Positions 40,677 to 50,882 of a stretch of 64,000 nucleotides of DNA are shown piece after piece (within the stretch, counting starts at the first letter, position 1; every line of letters begins with the position of its first letter). The translations under genes were made by a program, and so were the position numbers. Under the pieces are notes generated by a model. That model was not told where the DNA came from. It did not search any database and saw nothing but the letters and a program-made list of their open reading frames with translations. The DNA lies in assembly GCA_042216015.1 (NCBI GenBank), contig JBDGUI010000014.1, positions 1 through 64,000 on the forward strand. The letters are read 5' to 3'. The DNA comes from Halodesulfurarchaeum sp. (GTDB taxonomy: Archaea; Halobacteriota; Halobacteria; Halobacteriales; Halobacteriaceae).

Positions 40677-41078
40677 ATGGTGGTTCTTGGGCTCGTCGTC
40701 GCGGAATTCAATCGACACATTACAGAACGGATGGAGGCAGCAGCCAGGGAGACGGCCGAGGAGTTGAAAGCCGAAATCGGGGACGTCACTCACGTTCCCG
40801 GCGCATACGACGCCCCGCTCGCCGCCGATCGACTCGCGCGCCGGGAGGAGATCGATGCCGTCGCAGTGCTGGGGACGATCATCACCGGCGATACCGATCA
40901 CGATCGGGTCATCGCCGACGCGTGCGCGCAGGGATTGACGGACGTCAGCCTCTCCCGGGATACCCCGGTCGCCTTCGGGGTCACCGGGCCCGGGATGACG
41001 GCGGAAGAGGCCCGTGATCGGGTCGAGAAGGGAGCCGAAACAGTCGAAAGCGCCGTTGCCCTCGCGGGAGAGCAATGA
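40677..41078 (+). CDS. ribH: 6,7-dimethyl-8-ribityllumazine synthase
   Basis: VVAEFN, VPGAYDAP, GDTDHD and PVAFGV. Confidence 0.93.
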   Translation: MVVLGLVVAEFNRHITERMEAAARETAEELKAEIGDVTHVPGAYDAPLAADRLARREEIDAVAVLGTIITGDTDHDRVIADACAQGLTDVSLSRDTPVAFGVTGPGMTAEEARDRVEKGAETVESAVALAGEQ

Positions 41079-42220
41079 ACTATACAGACCGGGTCACCCG
41101 CGTCGAACCGAGTGCGACCCTCGCAGTAAGCAACCTCGCCTCCCAACTCGAGGCCAATGGAGTGGACATCATCGACCTCTCGGTTGGCGAACCCGACTTC
41201 GACACCCCGGCACACGTCAAGTCTGCCGGTCAGGAGGCAATCGCCAGGGGTGAGACGAAGTATGCACCCTCGGCAGGAATCCCGGCCCTTCGAACGGAAA
41301 TCGCCGCCTCCCTCCAGTCCGACGGGCTCCCCTATGGTGCGGAGAACGTGATGGTGACACCGGGGGCGAAACAGGCCCTCTTCGAGATCGTCCAGACGCT
41401 CGTCGAGGGCGGCGATGAGGTCGCGCTGCTCGATCCGGCCTGGGTATCCTACTCGGCAATGGCGAAGCTCGCCGGGGCGAAACTCAACCGGATCGATCTC
41501 AGTCGGACTACCTTCAGGCTCGAACCGGCACTCGACGCTCTCGGAGAGGCACTCTCCGAGGAAACCGAACTCCTCATCGTCAATTCGCCCAGCAATCCGA
41601 GTGGAGCCGTGTACAGCCGGGCCGCGATGGAGGGGGTTCGCGATCTCGCCGTCGAACACGACATCACCGTCGTCGCAGACGAGATCTACCGGGAGATCCA
41701 GTACGCGGGCGAGACGGTGAGCCTGGCGACCCTCGAGGGCATGGAGAATCGGACGGTCACGGTGAACGGCTTCTCGAAGGCGTATGCCATGACCGGCTGG
41801 CGGCTCGGATACTTCGCCGCGCCGACCGGGCTCATCGACCAGGCCGGAAAGATCCAGTCCCACTCGGTCTCCTCGGCGGCCACGTTCGTCCAGCACGCCG
41901 GACTGGCGGCGCTCCAGGGGCCGTCAGAGCCGACGGAACAGATGGCCGCAGCCTTCGAGGACCGTCGCGACTTGCTCCTCGAGAAAATCGGCGAGTATGA
42001 AATCGACGTCCCCACGCCCCAGGGAGCGTTCTACCTGATGCTCCCAGTGGACGCAGACGACGAGGAGTGGTGTACGACGGCACTCGAGCAGGCACACGTG
42101 GCGACCGTCCCGGGAAGTGCGTTCGGAACGCCGGGTTATGCCCGACTCTCGTACGCGGCCGATGTCGAACGGATCGAAACGGCGATCGACAGACTCGGCG
42201 AGGCGGGCTTTTTGGACTGA
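41075..42220 (+). CDS. PLP-dependent class I aminotransferase (AspC-like)
   Basis: SVGEPDFDTP, NSPSNPSG, DEIY and NGFSKAYAMTGWRLG. Confidence 0.92.
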   Translation: MNYTDRVTRVEPSATLAVSNLASQLEANGVDIIDLSVGEPDFDTPAHVKSAGQEAIARGETKYAPSAGIPALRTEIAASLQSDGLPYGAENVMVTPGAKQALFEIVQTLVEGGDEVALLDPAWVSYSAMAKLAGAKLNRIDLSRTTFRLEPALDALGEALSEETELLIVNSPSNPSGAVYSRAAMEGVRDLAVEHDITVVADEIYREIQYAGETVSLATLEGMENRTVTVNGFSKAYAMTGWRLGYFAAPTGLIDQAGKIQSHSVSSAATFVQHAGLAALQGPSEPTEQMAAAFEDRRDLLLEKIGEYEIDVPTPQGAFYLMLPVDADDEEWCTTALEQAHVATVPGSAFGTPGYARLSYAADVERIETAIDRLGEAGFLD

Positions 42221-42235
42221 CCGATCCGGGGACCA

Positions 42236-43483
42236 CTACGGCCAGATCCCCCGCTCGTCGGCCGCCTCTCGCACGCGTTCGATGGCCACGAGAAAGGCCG
42301 CCGTCCGGAGATCCTCGACCGGTCTGTTCGATTTCGTCGCCACGATCCGCTCGAAGGCCTCCTCGATGCGCGTCTCGAGTTCCTCGTTGACCGCCGACTC
42401 CTCCCAGTAGTGGCGCTGTCGATTCTGGACCCACTCGAGATAGGAGGCGATCACGCCACCAGCGTTCGCCAGAATATCGGGGACGATCGTCACCTCTCCC
42501 CGAAGGCGCTGGTCAGCACCGTCGGTCAGCGGCCCGTTCGCCCCCTCCACGATTACGTCAGCTCGCACCTCGGGGGCCAGATCGACGTCGATCGCTCCCT
42601 CGAGGGCTGCCGGTATCAGGACGTCCACGTCGAGGGTGAGCAAGTCCTCGTTCGAGATCTGCGCTCCCGTCCCGAACGCGTCGAGCGAGTTGCTCTCGCG
42701 TTTGTACGTGACCAGGCGTTCGACGTCGAAACCCGACTCGAGCGTGATTCCACCCGACGAATCGCTCACCGCCACGATTCGGGCACCGCGTTCCTCGAGT
42801 AGCCTGGCGGCGTTTCGTCCCACGTTTCCGAACCCCTGAACGGCGACAGTCGTGCCCTCCAGCTCTTCGCCGAGATGATCCAGGATCAACGACGTCGAGA
42901 GAGCGACCGACCGGCCGGTCGCCTGGACTCGGCCGGCCGTGCCTCCACTCTCGATCGCCTTTCCCGTGACAACGCCCGGTTCGGTGGTTCTTTCGAGGGT
43001 CTCGTAGGTGTCCTTGATCCAGTTCATCTCGCGCTGGCCCGTGTTGACATCTGGAGCGGCGATGTCTCGATCCGCGCCGATCACCGGGCGGAGTTCCGTG
43101 GCGTATGCCCGCGTGATCCGCTCGAGTTCCGCCACCGAATGCGCACGGGGATCCAGCGAGACACCACCCTTTCCACCCCCCAGCGGCAGGCCGACGAGGG
43201 CTGTCTTGAACGTCATCCACCCCGAAAGAGCGACGATCTCTTCCCTCGAAACGGTGGGGTGATACCGAATTCCGCCCTTGTACGGCCCCCGTGAATCGTC
43301 GAACTGCGAGCGATAGGCCGAAAACGTCTCGATCCGTCCATCGTCGAGTTGGACCTCGAGCGTCGCCTCGAGGATCCGATCCGGTGCCGAAAGTGCATCG
43401 AGTTCGCCCGCGTCCAGATCGAGGGATTCCGCGGCACGCGACAGCTGGGCCCTGAGGCTCTCGAGTGGGGTCGCCATTGCCAT
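42236..43483 (-). CDS. gdhA: Glu/Leu/Phe/Val (glutamate) dehydrogenase
   Basis: GPYKGGIRY, GGGKGG, APDVNT, QGFGNVG, EGANGP and PDILANAGGV. Confidence 0.92.
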   Translation of the reverse strand: MAMATPLESLRAQLSRAAESLDLDAGELDALSAPDRILEATLEVQLDDGRIETFSAYRSQFDDSRGPYKGGIRYHPTVSREEIVALSGWMTFKTALVGLPLGGGKGGVSLDPRAHSVAELERITRAYATELRPVIGADRDIAAPDVNTGQREMNWIKDTYETLERTTEPGVVTGKAIESGGTAGRVQATGRSVALSTSLILDHLGEELEGTTVAVQGFGNVGRNAARLLEERGARIVAVSDSSGGITLESGFDVERLVTYKRESNSLDAFGTGAQISNEDLLTLDVDVLIPAALEGAIDVDLAPEVRADVIVEGANGPLTDGADQRLRGEVTIVPDILANAGGVIASYLEWVQNRQRHYWEESAVNEELETRIEEAFERIVATKSNRPVEDLRTAAFLVAIERVREAADERGIWP

Positions 43484-43570
43484 ACGTCTTCCATCCACGG
43501 CGGTGGAATAAGCGTGTTGCCGGCCGGGAAGAACAGCACCGATTTATTCGATCGGGTTCGAGACTGCGGT

Positions 43571-44326
43571 GTGCAGATAGTCGGGTACGAGTCGGGGAGA
43601 CCACGCGAGCCGGCCGCACTCCATCTGGCCGCAGACGGTGAGGTACAAAAGGAACGGCTGGTTCGAGGGCGAGAGCTGTCGTTCGCCCTCGACGAACGCC
43701 ACTGTGCGGGCCGGAAGGTCGATTCGACCCACGAGTCGTGTGCCACCGAGACGGCCCCATACTGTGAGGTCCACACCACCCGGTGGCCATGTGCCCACTG
43801 TCGCGGGCAGTGTGCCATGCCCATCGAGACCTGCCACGAGGAACACGCGATCTATCTGGCCGCGTTCGAACCCGATCGGTACAAGGTCGGGGTGACCAGA
43901 TCCTGGCGGCTGGAAACCCGACTCACCGAACAGGGAGCCCGTCGGGCTGCCCACATTCGAACGGTGGAAAACGGCCGGACGGCCCGCCAGATCGAGGCCG
44001 AGATCGCCACCGACGTTCCGGATCGGCTCACCCAGGCGGCGAAGATCGAGGGGCTCGGCCGATCACTCGACGTCGATGCCTGGGAGGAGTTCCTCGAACC
44101 CTTCGGGGTCATCGAGACGTTCGCCTTCGACTACGGACTCGACCTCGACCGGCAACCGATTCCAACGACGATGGCAATTGGTCGAATCCGGGGCAGCCGC
44201 GGGCGAATTCTCGTCCTCGAGCGGGGCGAGACGACCTATGCCGTCGACCTCAAGGCCCTGGTCGGCTACGAGATCACCGACGGTGGAAGCGACAGGGACC
44301 GGCAAGCGAGCCTCGGCGCCTTCTAA
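43571..44326 (+). CDS. DUF2797 family protein
   Basis: Cys/His-rich segment (HCAG, CAHC, CHEEHAIYLA), KVGVTR and RLTEQGA. GTG start is inferred. Confidence 0.8.
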   Translation: MQIVGYESGRPREPAALHLAADGEVQKERLVRGRELSFALDERHCAGRKVDSTHESCATETAPYCEVHTTRWPCAHCRGQCAMPIETCHEEHAIYLAAFEPDRYKVGVTRSWRLETRLTEQGARRAAHIRTVENGRTARQIEAEIATDVPDRLTQAAKIEGLGRSLDVDAWEEFLEPFGVIETFAFDYGLDLDRQPIPTTMAIGRIRGSRGRILVLERGETTYAVDLKALVGYEITDGGSDRDRQASLGAF

Positions 44327-44370
44327 CCGGGAGCGGGTAGTTTTTCAGTCGTCCCTTCAAACCCCGTGGC

Positions 44371-44706
44371 ATGGCCGAGGACGAACCCGAGGAGGGAGGT
44401 GCCGAGGAGAAATCGTTCCGGGAACGCGTCGAGAAGATCCGCGAGGAGCGGGCCGAGGAGGGGGAATCCGGCGAGGATCCCCGTGAGCGAATGGAGGACA
44501 TGATGGGCGGGGGCGGTGGCGGGATGGGAGGAAACCCCTTCGCGCAGATGATGGGCGGCATGATGGGCGGTGGCCCAATGGGCGGCGGTCACGGCGAAGG
44601 GGGGGATAACGTCCGGTTGGCCCGAGAAATCGAGGCCCTCCGCGATGAGGTTTCGGCGGCAACTGCCCAACTCGAGCGGATCGCAGACGCCCTCGAGGAC
44701 GAGTAA
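44371..44706 (+). CDS. Hypothetical acidic protein with Gly/Met-rich core and C-terminal coiled coil
   Basis: MMGGGGGGMGGNPFAQMMGGMMGG...LERIADALEDE. Confidence 0.8.
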   Translation: MAEDEPEEGGAEEKSFRERVEKIREERAEEGESGEDPRERMEDMMGGGGGGMGGNPFAQMMGGMMGGGPMGGGHGEGGDNVRLAREIEALRDEVSAATAQLERIADALEDE

Positions 44707-44855
44707 GCCCCCCGAATCATTGATTGCCACTGCCGGGACGGATAGTCCCATATCCACCAGCCGTCACGTTACCGGTACGCGGACACCAGCCATCCTGTTG
44801 CCAGTTAGCGTCCACCTTTCGTCACGGTATCTGTGGGCGTCCACCCGCCGTTCGG

Positions 44856-45455
44856 TTACCAGTAAAACAGGTTCTCGGGATCGACGGGTTTTCCGACGAC
44901 CTCGAGTATTCTGGCGTCGAACAGGTCCCGGCTATTTGCAGACTGGACGGTCAAAACAGTATCTGCCCCCGATCCCGTGCCCGCGACGGCGAGGACCCGT
45001 TCGTTGGCCGGGACTACCCCCGCATCACAACCCATGAGCACGATTTCGAGGGCGACCTTCGTCCCCTGACCGAAGAGCCGGAGGACGTCCGCGACGACCT
45101 CGTGAGCCGAGAATCCGTCCTTGTCCCGTAAAGCCGATCCGACGTTGCTGAAGACCATCGGGCCGACGAACACGGACCCGCCCGCCCGTTCGATCTCTTC
45201 GCGATAGGGCTCCTGGATTTCCTGTTCGTTCGGATCACGATACCCGGTTGCGTGTCCCACGACCACCACATCTCGCTCGGTTGCATCGAAAAGGGATGCT
45301 GCCTTCGCTCCCGTTTCCCCCGACGTCGACGCGACGACGACAGTGGAAATCTCCTGTTCCACCGCGTACTCCTGGGCCCGCTTCAGGACTGACTCGGTCG
45401 CCATGTCGTCGGTGGCGAACATGGATATATACTCGTGGCCAGCGGGGGTAACCAT
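44856..45455 (-). CDS. Pyruvate-kinase C-terminal-domain-like protein (DUF1867 type)
   Basis: VVVASTSGETG, LRLFGQGTKVALEIVLMGCDAG and AGTGSGADT. Confidence 0.82.
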   Translation of the reverse strand: MVTPAGHEYISMFATDDMATESVLKRAQEYAVEQEISTVVVASTSGETGAKAASLFDATERDVVVVGHATGYRDPNEQEIQEPYREEIERAGGSVFVGPMVFSNVGSALRDKDGFSAHEVVADVLRLFGQGTKVALEIVLMGCDAGVVPANERVLAVAGTGSGADTVLTVQSANSRDLFDARILEVVGKPVDPENLFYW

Positions 45456-45515
45456 ACGGCCCAATTTTTGCGGGTTTGCAAGACCGCGTTCAGACGGTGG
45501 GGGTCAACGAACCGA

Positions 45516-46628
45516 TCACGGGTAGGCATCCAAGACCGTCGAGTAGGCCGATTCGAGTCCGTCGACCGCGTTCGAGAGACTTATCTCGGAGCGGTGATCG
45601 AGACAGGACACAGAAAGCCCCTCCTGCTCCTCGAGGGCCCGTTCGATGCCGGCGCGAAACGCCTCGATGTCTCCCAGTTCGTAGTGAAACCCCGTTTTCC
45701 CCTCGACGATCGTCTCCGAAAGCGCGCCGGCGTCGACACCGACGACCGGTGTTCCACAGGCTGTCGCCTCGAGTGCAACGATGCCCTGGGTTTCGACCGG
45801 GCTCGGAAATGCAAAGACGTCCAGCGCGCTGTAGAACGAGGGAAGTTCCTCCCGGTCGAGGAAACCCAGAAACCGTGCGTCGACGTCGTGAAATTTGGCG
45901 GCCTGACGGAGCGAATCAGTGGCTGGGCCTTCACCACCGAAAACGACCGTCACGTCGAGCCCCGCGGCTGCCTCGAGAATCGCCTCGAGATTCTTCTCGT
46001 GGCCGTGACGGCCCGTATACCCGATCAGCGGCCTGTCGTCCGGTAACCCGTAGTGCCGCTCGAAGTCGACGGTCTCCCTTGGGTAAAACCGTGTCGTGTC
46101 AACACCATTGGGATGTACCCGAACGGGAACCTTGGACGTGAGCCGCCCTCGGAGGGTCCCAGCGGTTTGCTCGCTCGGTGCGAGCACCATGTCGGCCCGC
46201 TCGAGGAACCATCGCTCGTATCGACTGCTCACCGCCCCAACCGGTGACGCGAGGGAATCGGGAACGACATAGGAGGCGTATTCCCCCGTCGGCGTGTGAT
46301 AGGAGACGACGAACGGAATCGATTCCCGCCTCGCGAGTCGGTAGCCTGCAAAACCCACGGAGAAAGGAGAGTGTGCGTGTACCAGGTCGACGTCTTCCGT
46401 CGCCGTCGGCACACTGGGGATCCCCAACCGGTATCCCTCATAAAAGGGGAACGGAAGGCTGTAGACCGGATATTCGCCCGGGTCAGGATCGTACGAGGAC
46501 GCTGGATAGACGACGTCCATCCGGCCGCCCCGTGACGCATAGCGGTCACGCCACGCGGAGATCGTGTAGGTGACGCCGTTCACGGTCGGAAGGTAGGTGT
46601 CAGTGAAGGCGGCGACCGCTGGTGGCAT
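45516..46628 (-). CDS. Glycosyltransferase family 4
   Basis: FTDTYLPTVNGV, YHT and ETQGIVALEATACG. Confidence 0.9.
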   Translation of the reverse strand: MPPAVAAFTDTYLPTVNGVTYTISAWRDRYASRGGRMDVVYPASSYDPDPGEYPVYSLPFPFYEGYRLGIPSVPTATEDVDLVHAHSPFSVGFAGYRLARRESIPFVVSYHTPTGEYASYVVPDSLASPVGAVSSRYERWFLERADMVLAPSEQTAGTLRGRLTSKVPVRVHPNGVDTTRFYPRETVDFERHYGLPDDRPLIGYTGRHGHEKNLEAILEAAAGLDVTVVFGGEGPATDSLRQAAKFHDVDARFLGFLDREELPSFYSALDVFAFPSPVETQGIVALEATACGTPVVGVDAGALSETIVEGKTGFHYELGDIEAFRAGIERALEEQEGLSVSCLDHRSEISLSNAVDGLESAYSTVLDAYP

Positions 46629-46726
46629 CGTGGCGGAGTAAGAGAGGGGCCATTAAGAGCCTGCTTACTCGTGATGGGGTTTACCGTTCCGGAAGCCTAC
46701 CATTTCGGCTCGGAGTTCTCGACGGG

Positions 46727-47725
46727 TTATTCGTCGAAGAGATCCGTATACACCTGGATCAGGTCCTCTTTGATCGCATCCAGCTTGAATGCCTCACTCC
46801 GCGCTGCGGCCCGCGAACCGATCTCCTCGCGGAGCTCCGGGTCGAGCAGCGATTCGATGGCCGCAACGAAGTCCGAGTCCGCCTTGAGACATTCCCGGCC
46901 GTCCTCGAGCCACTCGAACGTCTCGATGTCCCGCACAACGGGTGCGGCCCCGGAGGCCATCGCCTCCAGAAGAGCCATTCCCTCGTTCTCGTTGTGTGTC
47001 GGAAAGAAGAAGATGTCTCCGGCCGCGAACGCCCCACGGATGTCTTCGACGTACCCGGTGAAGGTCACGTTTTCAGGAGCCGATTCCACGAGTCGCTCGG
47101 TCTCGCGGCTTCGGAGGACCCGATCGAAGGTTCCCCCCGTCGGATTGAGATAGCCGAACCACGCAAAATCCAGCTCCGGGAGCTCTCGGGCGGTTTCCAC
47201 GAAGGTTTCGAGTCCCTTCCGAGGAATGACGTGTCCGACGTTGAACACGACCGGTGGCGTGAGGTCGTAGCGCTCGAGATAGGTCTCTCTCAGCGATTCG
47301 AATCCGTCGATCTTGTCGGGATCGTAGCCGTTCGAGATGACCGTCGTCGGGGTATCGGTGTAGGTCTTGATGGTTCGTTCGTTGTAGCGAGAGGGGCAGA
47401 TCAACCGATCGCCGAGGTCGTATACATATTCGAGATACGGGCGAAGGGGCTTTGCCAACAGGTCCGAGAGTGCGAAACTCCCCGCGAAATCTTCTGCTGT
47501 CTGGTGGGTATGGACGACGACGGGAGTACCGGCCGCTCTGGCCCGTTTCGCCGCGAGCAGGGATCGCGGCCCCATGTTATTCAGATGAAGGAGGTCGGCC
47601 GTGGGGTCCGGCGACCGGGTGTACTCGATCCCGGATCGCTCGAGGATCTTCCGCTGGTTCTTCACCGACTGCTTGTGGCCTCCCGTAATGTACTGCTCCC
47701 ACTCGAAGTAGTGACTTACCCTCAT
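46727..47725 (-). CDS. Glycosyltransferase family 4
   Basis: GHVIPRKG and ENEGMALLEAMASG. Confidence 0.9.
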   Translation of the reverse strand: MRVSHYFEWEQYITGGHKQSVKNQRKILERSGIEYTRSPDPTADLLHLNNMGPRSLLAAKRARAAGTPVVVHTHQTAEDFAGSFALSDLLAKPLRPYLEYVYDLGDRLICPSRYNERTIKTYTDTPTTVISNGYDPDKIDGFESLRETYLERYDLTPPVVFNVGHVIPRKGLETFVETARELPELDFAWFGYLNPTGGTFDRVLRSRETERLVESAPENVTFTGYVEDIRGAFAAGDIFFFPTHNENEGMALLEAMASGAAPVVRDIETFEWLEDGRECLKADSDFVAAIESLLDPELREEIGSRAAARSEAFKLDAIKEDLIQVYTDLFDE

Positions 47726-47834
47726 TCCTCGCTCGACGACCTGCATGCATCTTCGAGGCGAGGGGGCAATAAATATCCACTACTCTGCCATCCGGTCGCG
47801 ACACGTTCTTGCCGGGCCCAGCCAATCGTGGAAT

Positions 47835-48113
47835 ATGTCCATACCCGCCGAGCGCATCGAACGGCTGGCGGATCTCGCTCACCAGGCCGCTCGAGCCGGA
47901 AAAATGGACCGGGCTCGACGCTACGTCCGACTCGCTCGCCGGATCGCCGAGCGGAACCGACTCTCCCTGCCCACACGCCTCGATCGGTTCACCTGTGACA
48001 GCTGTGATACCTACCTGATTCCGGGCCGAAATGCGCGGGTTCGAACCCGGCATGGACACGTCGTCATCACCTGTTCCTGCGGGTCTCAAGACCGGTATCC
48101 ATATCGAAACTGA
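47835..48113 (+). CDS. rnp4: Ribonuclease P protein component 4 (Rpp21)
   Basis: AERIERL, RRYVRLARRIA, CDSC..LIPGRNARVR and CSCG...RYPY. Confidence 0.92.
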   Translation: MSIPAERIERLADLAHQAARAGKMDRARRYVRLARRIAERNRLSLPTRLDRFTCDSCDTYLIPGRNARVRTRHGHVVITCSCGSQDRYPYRN

Positions 48114-48207
48114 TGGCAACCCGCCTTTCGAGTCAAATCACAATACCGATCCAGACCTCACCGGAGAGCAAACTTTGACGGGGGCACCTCGTATATATCG
48201 AGGTAGC

Positions 48208-48450
48208 ATGAGCGAGGATCTCCGCGCCGAGGCCCAGAACGTCGATGTCACCGTGTGGGTCGGCAAAGCGGGAATCGATTCCGTCCGAGAGGAATTGGCC
48301 GACCAACTGGACAGCCGCGAACTCGTCAAGGTGAAGTTCCTCCGATCGGCCCGCGGCAATGACGACACCGAGGATCTCGCCGCAAAGCTTGCCGATCTCG
48401 TCGATGCCGAACTGGTCGAGACGCGAGGGAATACGGGGGTGTATCATTAA
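48208..48450 (+). CDS. yhbY: YhbY/CRM RNA-binding protein
   Basis: VWVGKAGI, ELVKVKFLR and TRGNT. Confidence 0.9.
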   Translation: MSEDLRAEAQNVDVTVWVGKAGIDSVREELADQLDSRELVKVKFLRSARGNDDTEDLAAKLADLVDAELVETRGNTGVYH

Positions 48451-49328
48451 TGGTCCCCCTGCCACTCGCTGCCGGTCCGATTGGAGAAGCGATCGGTGAA
48501 TTCGGCGTCCCGCTGGCAGGAACCGTCGGCTCAGCGATTGCCTTCGCCGTGGTTTTTCTCGTGATCTACTACGGCGGAAACGCGATTCTCGGTTCGGTTC
48601 TCTCGCGAGGTATGGACCGGCGCGGGCTCGACGAACACGCGAGAGCGCCGATCAAACGATTGACGAGGGCGGGTATCCTGTTCGTCGCCGTAACAGTGGC
48701 CTTTGGCGCCGCCGGATTTACCGGCTTTCTCCAATCGCTTTCGACCATCGCCGCGGCTGGCACGCTGGCGGTCGGGTTTGCCATGCAGGACGTGATCAAG
48801 AACTTCGTCGCCGGCGTGTTCATCTACACTGATCGTCCATTTCGGATCGGTGACTGGATCGAGTGGGACGGCCACTCGGGGGTCGTCGAGGACATCTCCC
48901 TCAGGGTGAGCCGGGTCAGAACCTTCGACAACGAGTTGTTGACCGTTCCGAACTCGAACCTGACCGACGGCGTCATCAAGAATCCGGTGGAGGGCGACCG
49001 GCTCCGACGGACCTTCGTGTTCGGGGTCGGGTATGAAGACGACATCGAGGAGGCAACGGAGATAATCCTCGATAAGGCGACGATGCACGAGGAGATCATG
49101 GACGATCCCGGTCCCTCGGTCAGAGTGACCACCCTCGGAGACTCATCCGTGGGATTGCAGGCCCGCATCTGGATCGAGAACCCCACCCGGGCGGATTTCG
49201 TCCGGGTCCAGTCCGAATTCGTGAAATCGACGAAGGAGGCACTCGATGAGGCGGGCATCGACATTCCCTATCCGCAGCGGGTCCTCCACGGAGACCTGTC
49301 GGTGAGCGAGCAGGCGCTCACCGAGTGA
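48450..49328 (+). CDS. mscS: Small-conductance mechanosensitive channel
   Basis: TLAVGFAMQDVIKN, RPFRIGDWI and IPYPQR. Confidence 0.9.
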   Translation: MVPLPLAAGPIGEAIGEFGVPLAGTVGSAIAFAVVFLVIYYGGNAILGSVLSRGMDRRGLDEHARAPIKRLTRAGILFVAVTVAFGAAGFTGFLQSLSTIAAAGTLAVGFAMQDVIKNFVAGVFIYTDRPFRIGDWIEWDGHSGVVEDISLRVSRVRTFDNELLTVPNSNLTDGVIKNPVEGDRLRRTFVFGVGYEDDIEEATEIILDKATMHEEIMDDPGPSVRVTTLGDSSVGLQARIWIENPTRADFVRVQSEFVKSTKEALDEAGIDIPYPQRVLHGDLSVSEQALTE

Positions 49329-49354
49329 CACAGACTCGCTTTGAAATCCGAGAT

Positions 49355-49667
49355 GAATGGTGGACGGGCCGAGGTGGCCCGGCGTTCCGACCCGGATAGT
49401 CCCGGTCGCCTCCTCCACCCCGTGACCCTTCGAGCGACGCCCGTTCGGCGGTCCGCTGCTCACTTCCGTGCCTGACGGACTGCCGCCGACGAATCGCGGA
49501 ACCGACCCCCCTGCAGGGGCGACCCGCGAACCGGTGTCCCCGAAGGACGAGGCTTCGCAGTCGGCTTCCAGGGTCCGGACCGGTCTGTCCGGACGCCCTC
49601 GGCGTTCGGCCCCCGCTGATGACCATGTGGCGGGCGAGGGGCGGGGCCAAACCGCCCGGCCTAGTCC
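49355..49667 (-). ncRNA. ffs: Signal recognition particle RNA (7S RNA)
   Basis: The minus strand begins GGACTAGGCCGGGCGGTTTGG and carries the helix-8 motif CAGGCACGGAAGTGAGCAGC. About 310 nt, with a TATA-like CTTAAT about 25 nt upstream. The 3' end is approximate. Confidence 0.93.
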
Positions 49668-49765
49668 AGGTTTCCCTACCCGTCATTCCATTAAGGGCCT
49701 TTCGGGTCGGCTCCGCCCATCTGGCCCGTCGAAACGGCCAAAAGGCTGGTGTCCCATGTCCGGGT

Positions 49766-50014
49766 ATGGGACTCGGAGGCACTGCAAAGAAACTCCAGCA
49801 AGTCGTCGACCTGGCGGACGACCTCTATGCCAAGCTCAACGACCTCAAATCCGACCTGGCCGGGATGCGGGATACGATCGAGGAGACGAAAACGAGCGTC
49901 GCGTCACTCGAAGCGGAACTGGAATCACAGCGCGCCCTGCTCGAGGCCATCGCCGAATCGGAAGATATCGATCCCGAAACCGTCGAACCGGATCGGGACA
50001 CAGGAACCGAGTAG
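49766..50014 (+). CDS. Conserved haloarchaeal coiled-coil protein (DUF5798-like)
   Basis: MGLGGTAKKLQQVVDLADDLYAKLNDL...QRALLEAIAE. Confidence 0.82.
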   Translation: MGLGGTAKKLQQVVDLADDLYAKLNDLKSDLAGMRDTIEETKTSVASLEAELESQRALLEAIAESEDIDPETVEPDRDTGTE

Positions 50015-50042
50015 TCCGCCCCCCTCCCCCCCGGGGTTGCCG

Positions 50043-50882
50043 CTACCCGAGAACGATGCTCATCCGACCGACGATAAACGCTGCGGCTGCCAGAAACATC
50101 CCATACTTCAACCACCGGTGTCCTCGCCCGGGATCCGTCCGGCTCCGAACCAGCGCGGCGAGCATGAGCATATCGGCGGGGGCAACGACGCCGAGATACG
50201 GCAGCCCGAAGAGATCTGTCAGATAGGGAATCGGGCTCGCCAGGACAGCGATCACCAGTGACACCCCCGCGATACCGAACGCCGTTCCCGTTCCGAACGC
50301 GATCGGAAGCGTCCTGAGCCCCTCCGCTCGATCCCCGGCCACGTCCTCGATATCTTTGATGATCTCGCGCGAAAACGTCGAAAGCGCCGCGAGGGCGAAG
50401 AGGACGATCCCGTCCTGCACGCGGCCGACGGCGGCGGCCCCGAACAGGAACGTACTCCCGCCGAGATAGGCAACGAGCGCATTTCCGGCGCCTGGGCGAC
50501 CCTTGAAAACCATCGTATAGGCCACGAGCCCCAGAAAATTGAGCAGGGCGATGAGAATGGCAACCGGTGGCAACGTCACTGCCAACCCGATGGCAGTCGC
50601 GAAGAGGACTGCACTCAAGATGATCGCTCCCCTCGGCGAGACGTCGCCTCGTGGAATCGGACGCTCGGGATTGTTGATCCGGTCGATGTCGCGGTCGAAG
50701 TAATCGTTGACCGCGTTTCCAGCTCCGGCCGCGAGCACGGTCGCCACTGCGGCCGCTCCCAGGAGCCAGGTGTCAGCCGTCAACCCAGCAGCGACGAATC
50801 CGCCGGTAAGGGTGAGTACACCCGCAGCGATGCTGTTCACCGGACGGGTGAGTTCGAGATGGCTCCGGACGGCACCGCACAT
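50043..50882 (-). CDS. Digeranylgeranylglyceryl-phosphate synthase (UbiA family)
   Basis: ELTRPVN, NDYFDRDIDRINNPERPIPRG and REIIKDIEDVAGD. Confidence 0.92.
   Translation of the reverse strand: MCGAVRSHLELTRPVNSIAAGVLTLTGGFVAAGLTADTWLLGAAAVATVLAAGAGNAVNDYFDRDIDRINNPERPIPRGDVSPRGAIILSAVLFATAIGLAVTLPPVAILIALLNFLGLVAYTMVFKGRPGAGNALVAYLGGSTFLFGAAAVGRVQDGIVLFALAALSTFSREIIKDIEDVAGDRAEGLRTLPIAFGTGTAFGIAGVSLVIAVLASPIPYLTDLFGLPYLGVVAPADMLMLAALVRSRTDPGRGHRWLKYGMFLAAAAFIVGRMSIVLG

Noticed and set aside
49318..49782. ORFs overlapping 49.3-49.7 kb, and an initial guess of RNase P RNA because rnp4 is nearby
   Set aside because: The sequence matches SRP RNA hallmarks on the minus strand, so the ORFs are spurious.
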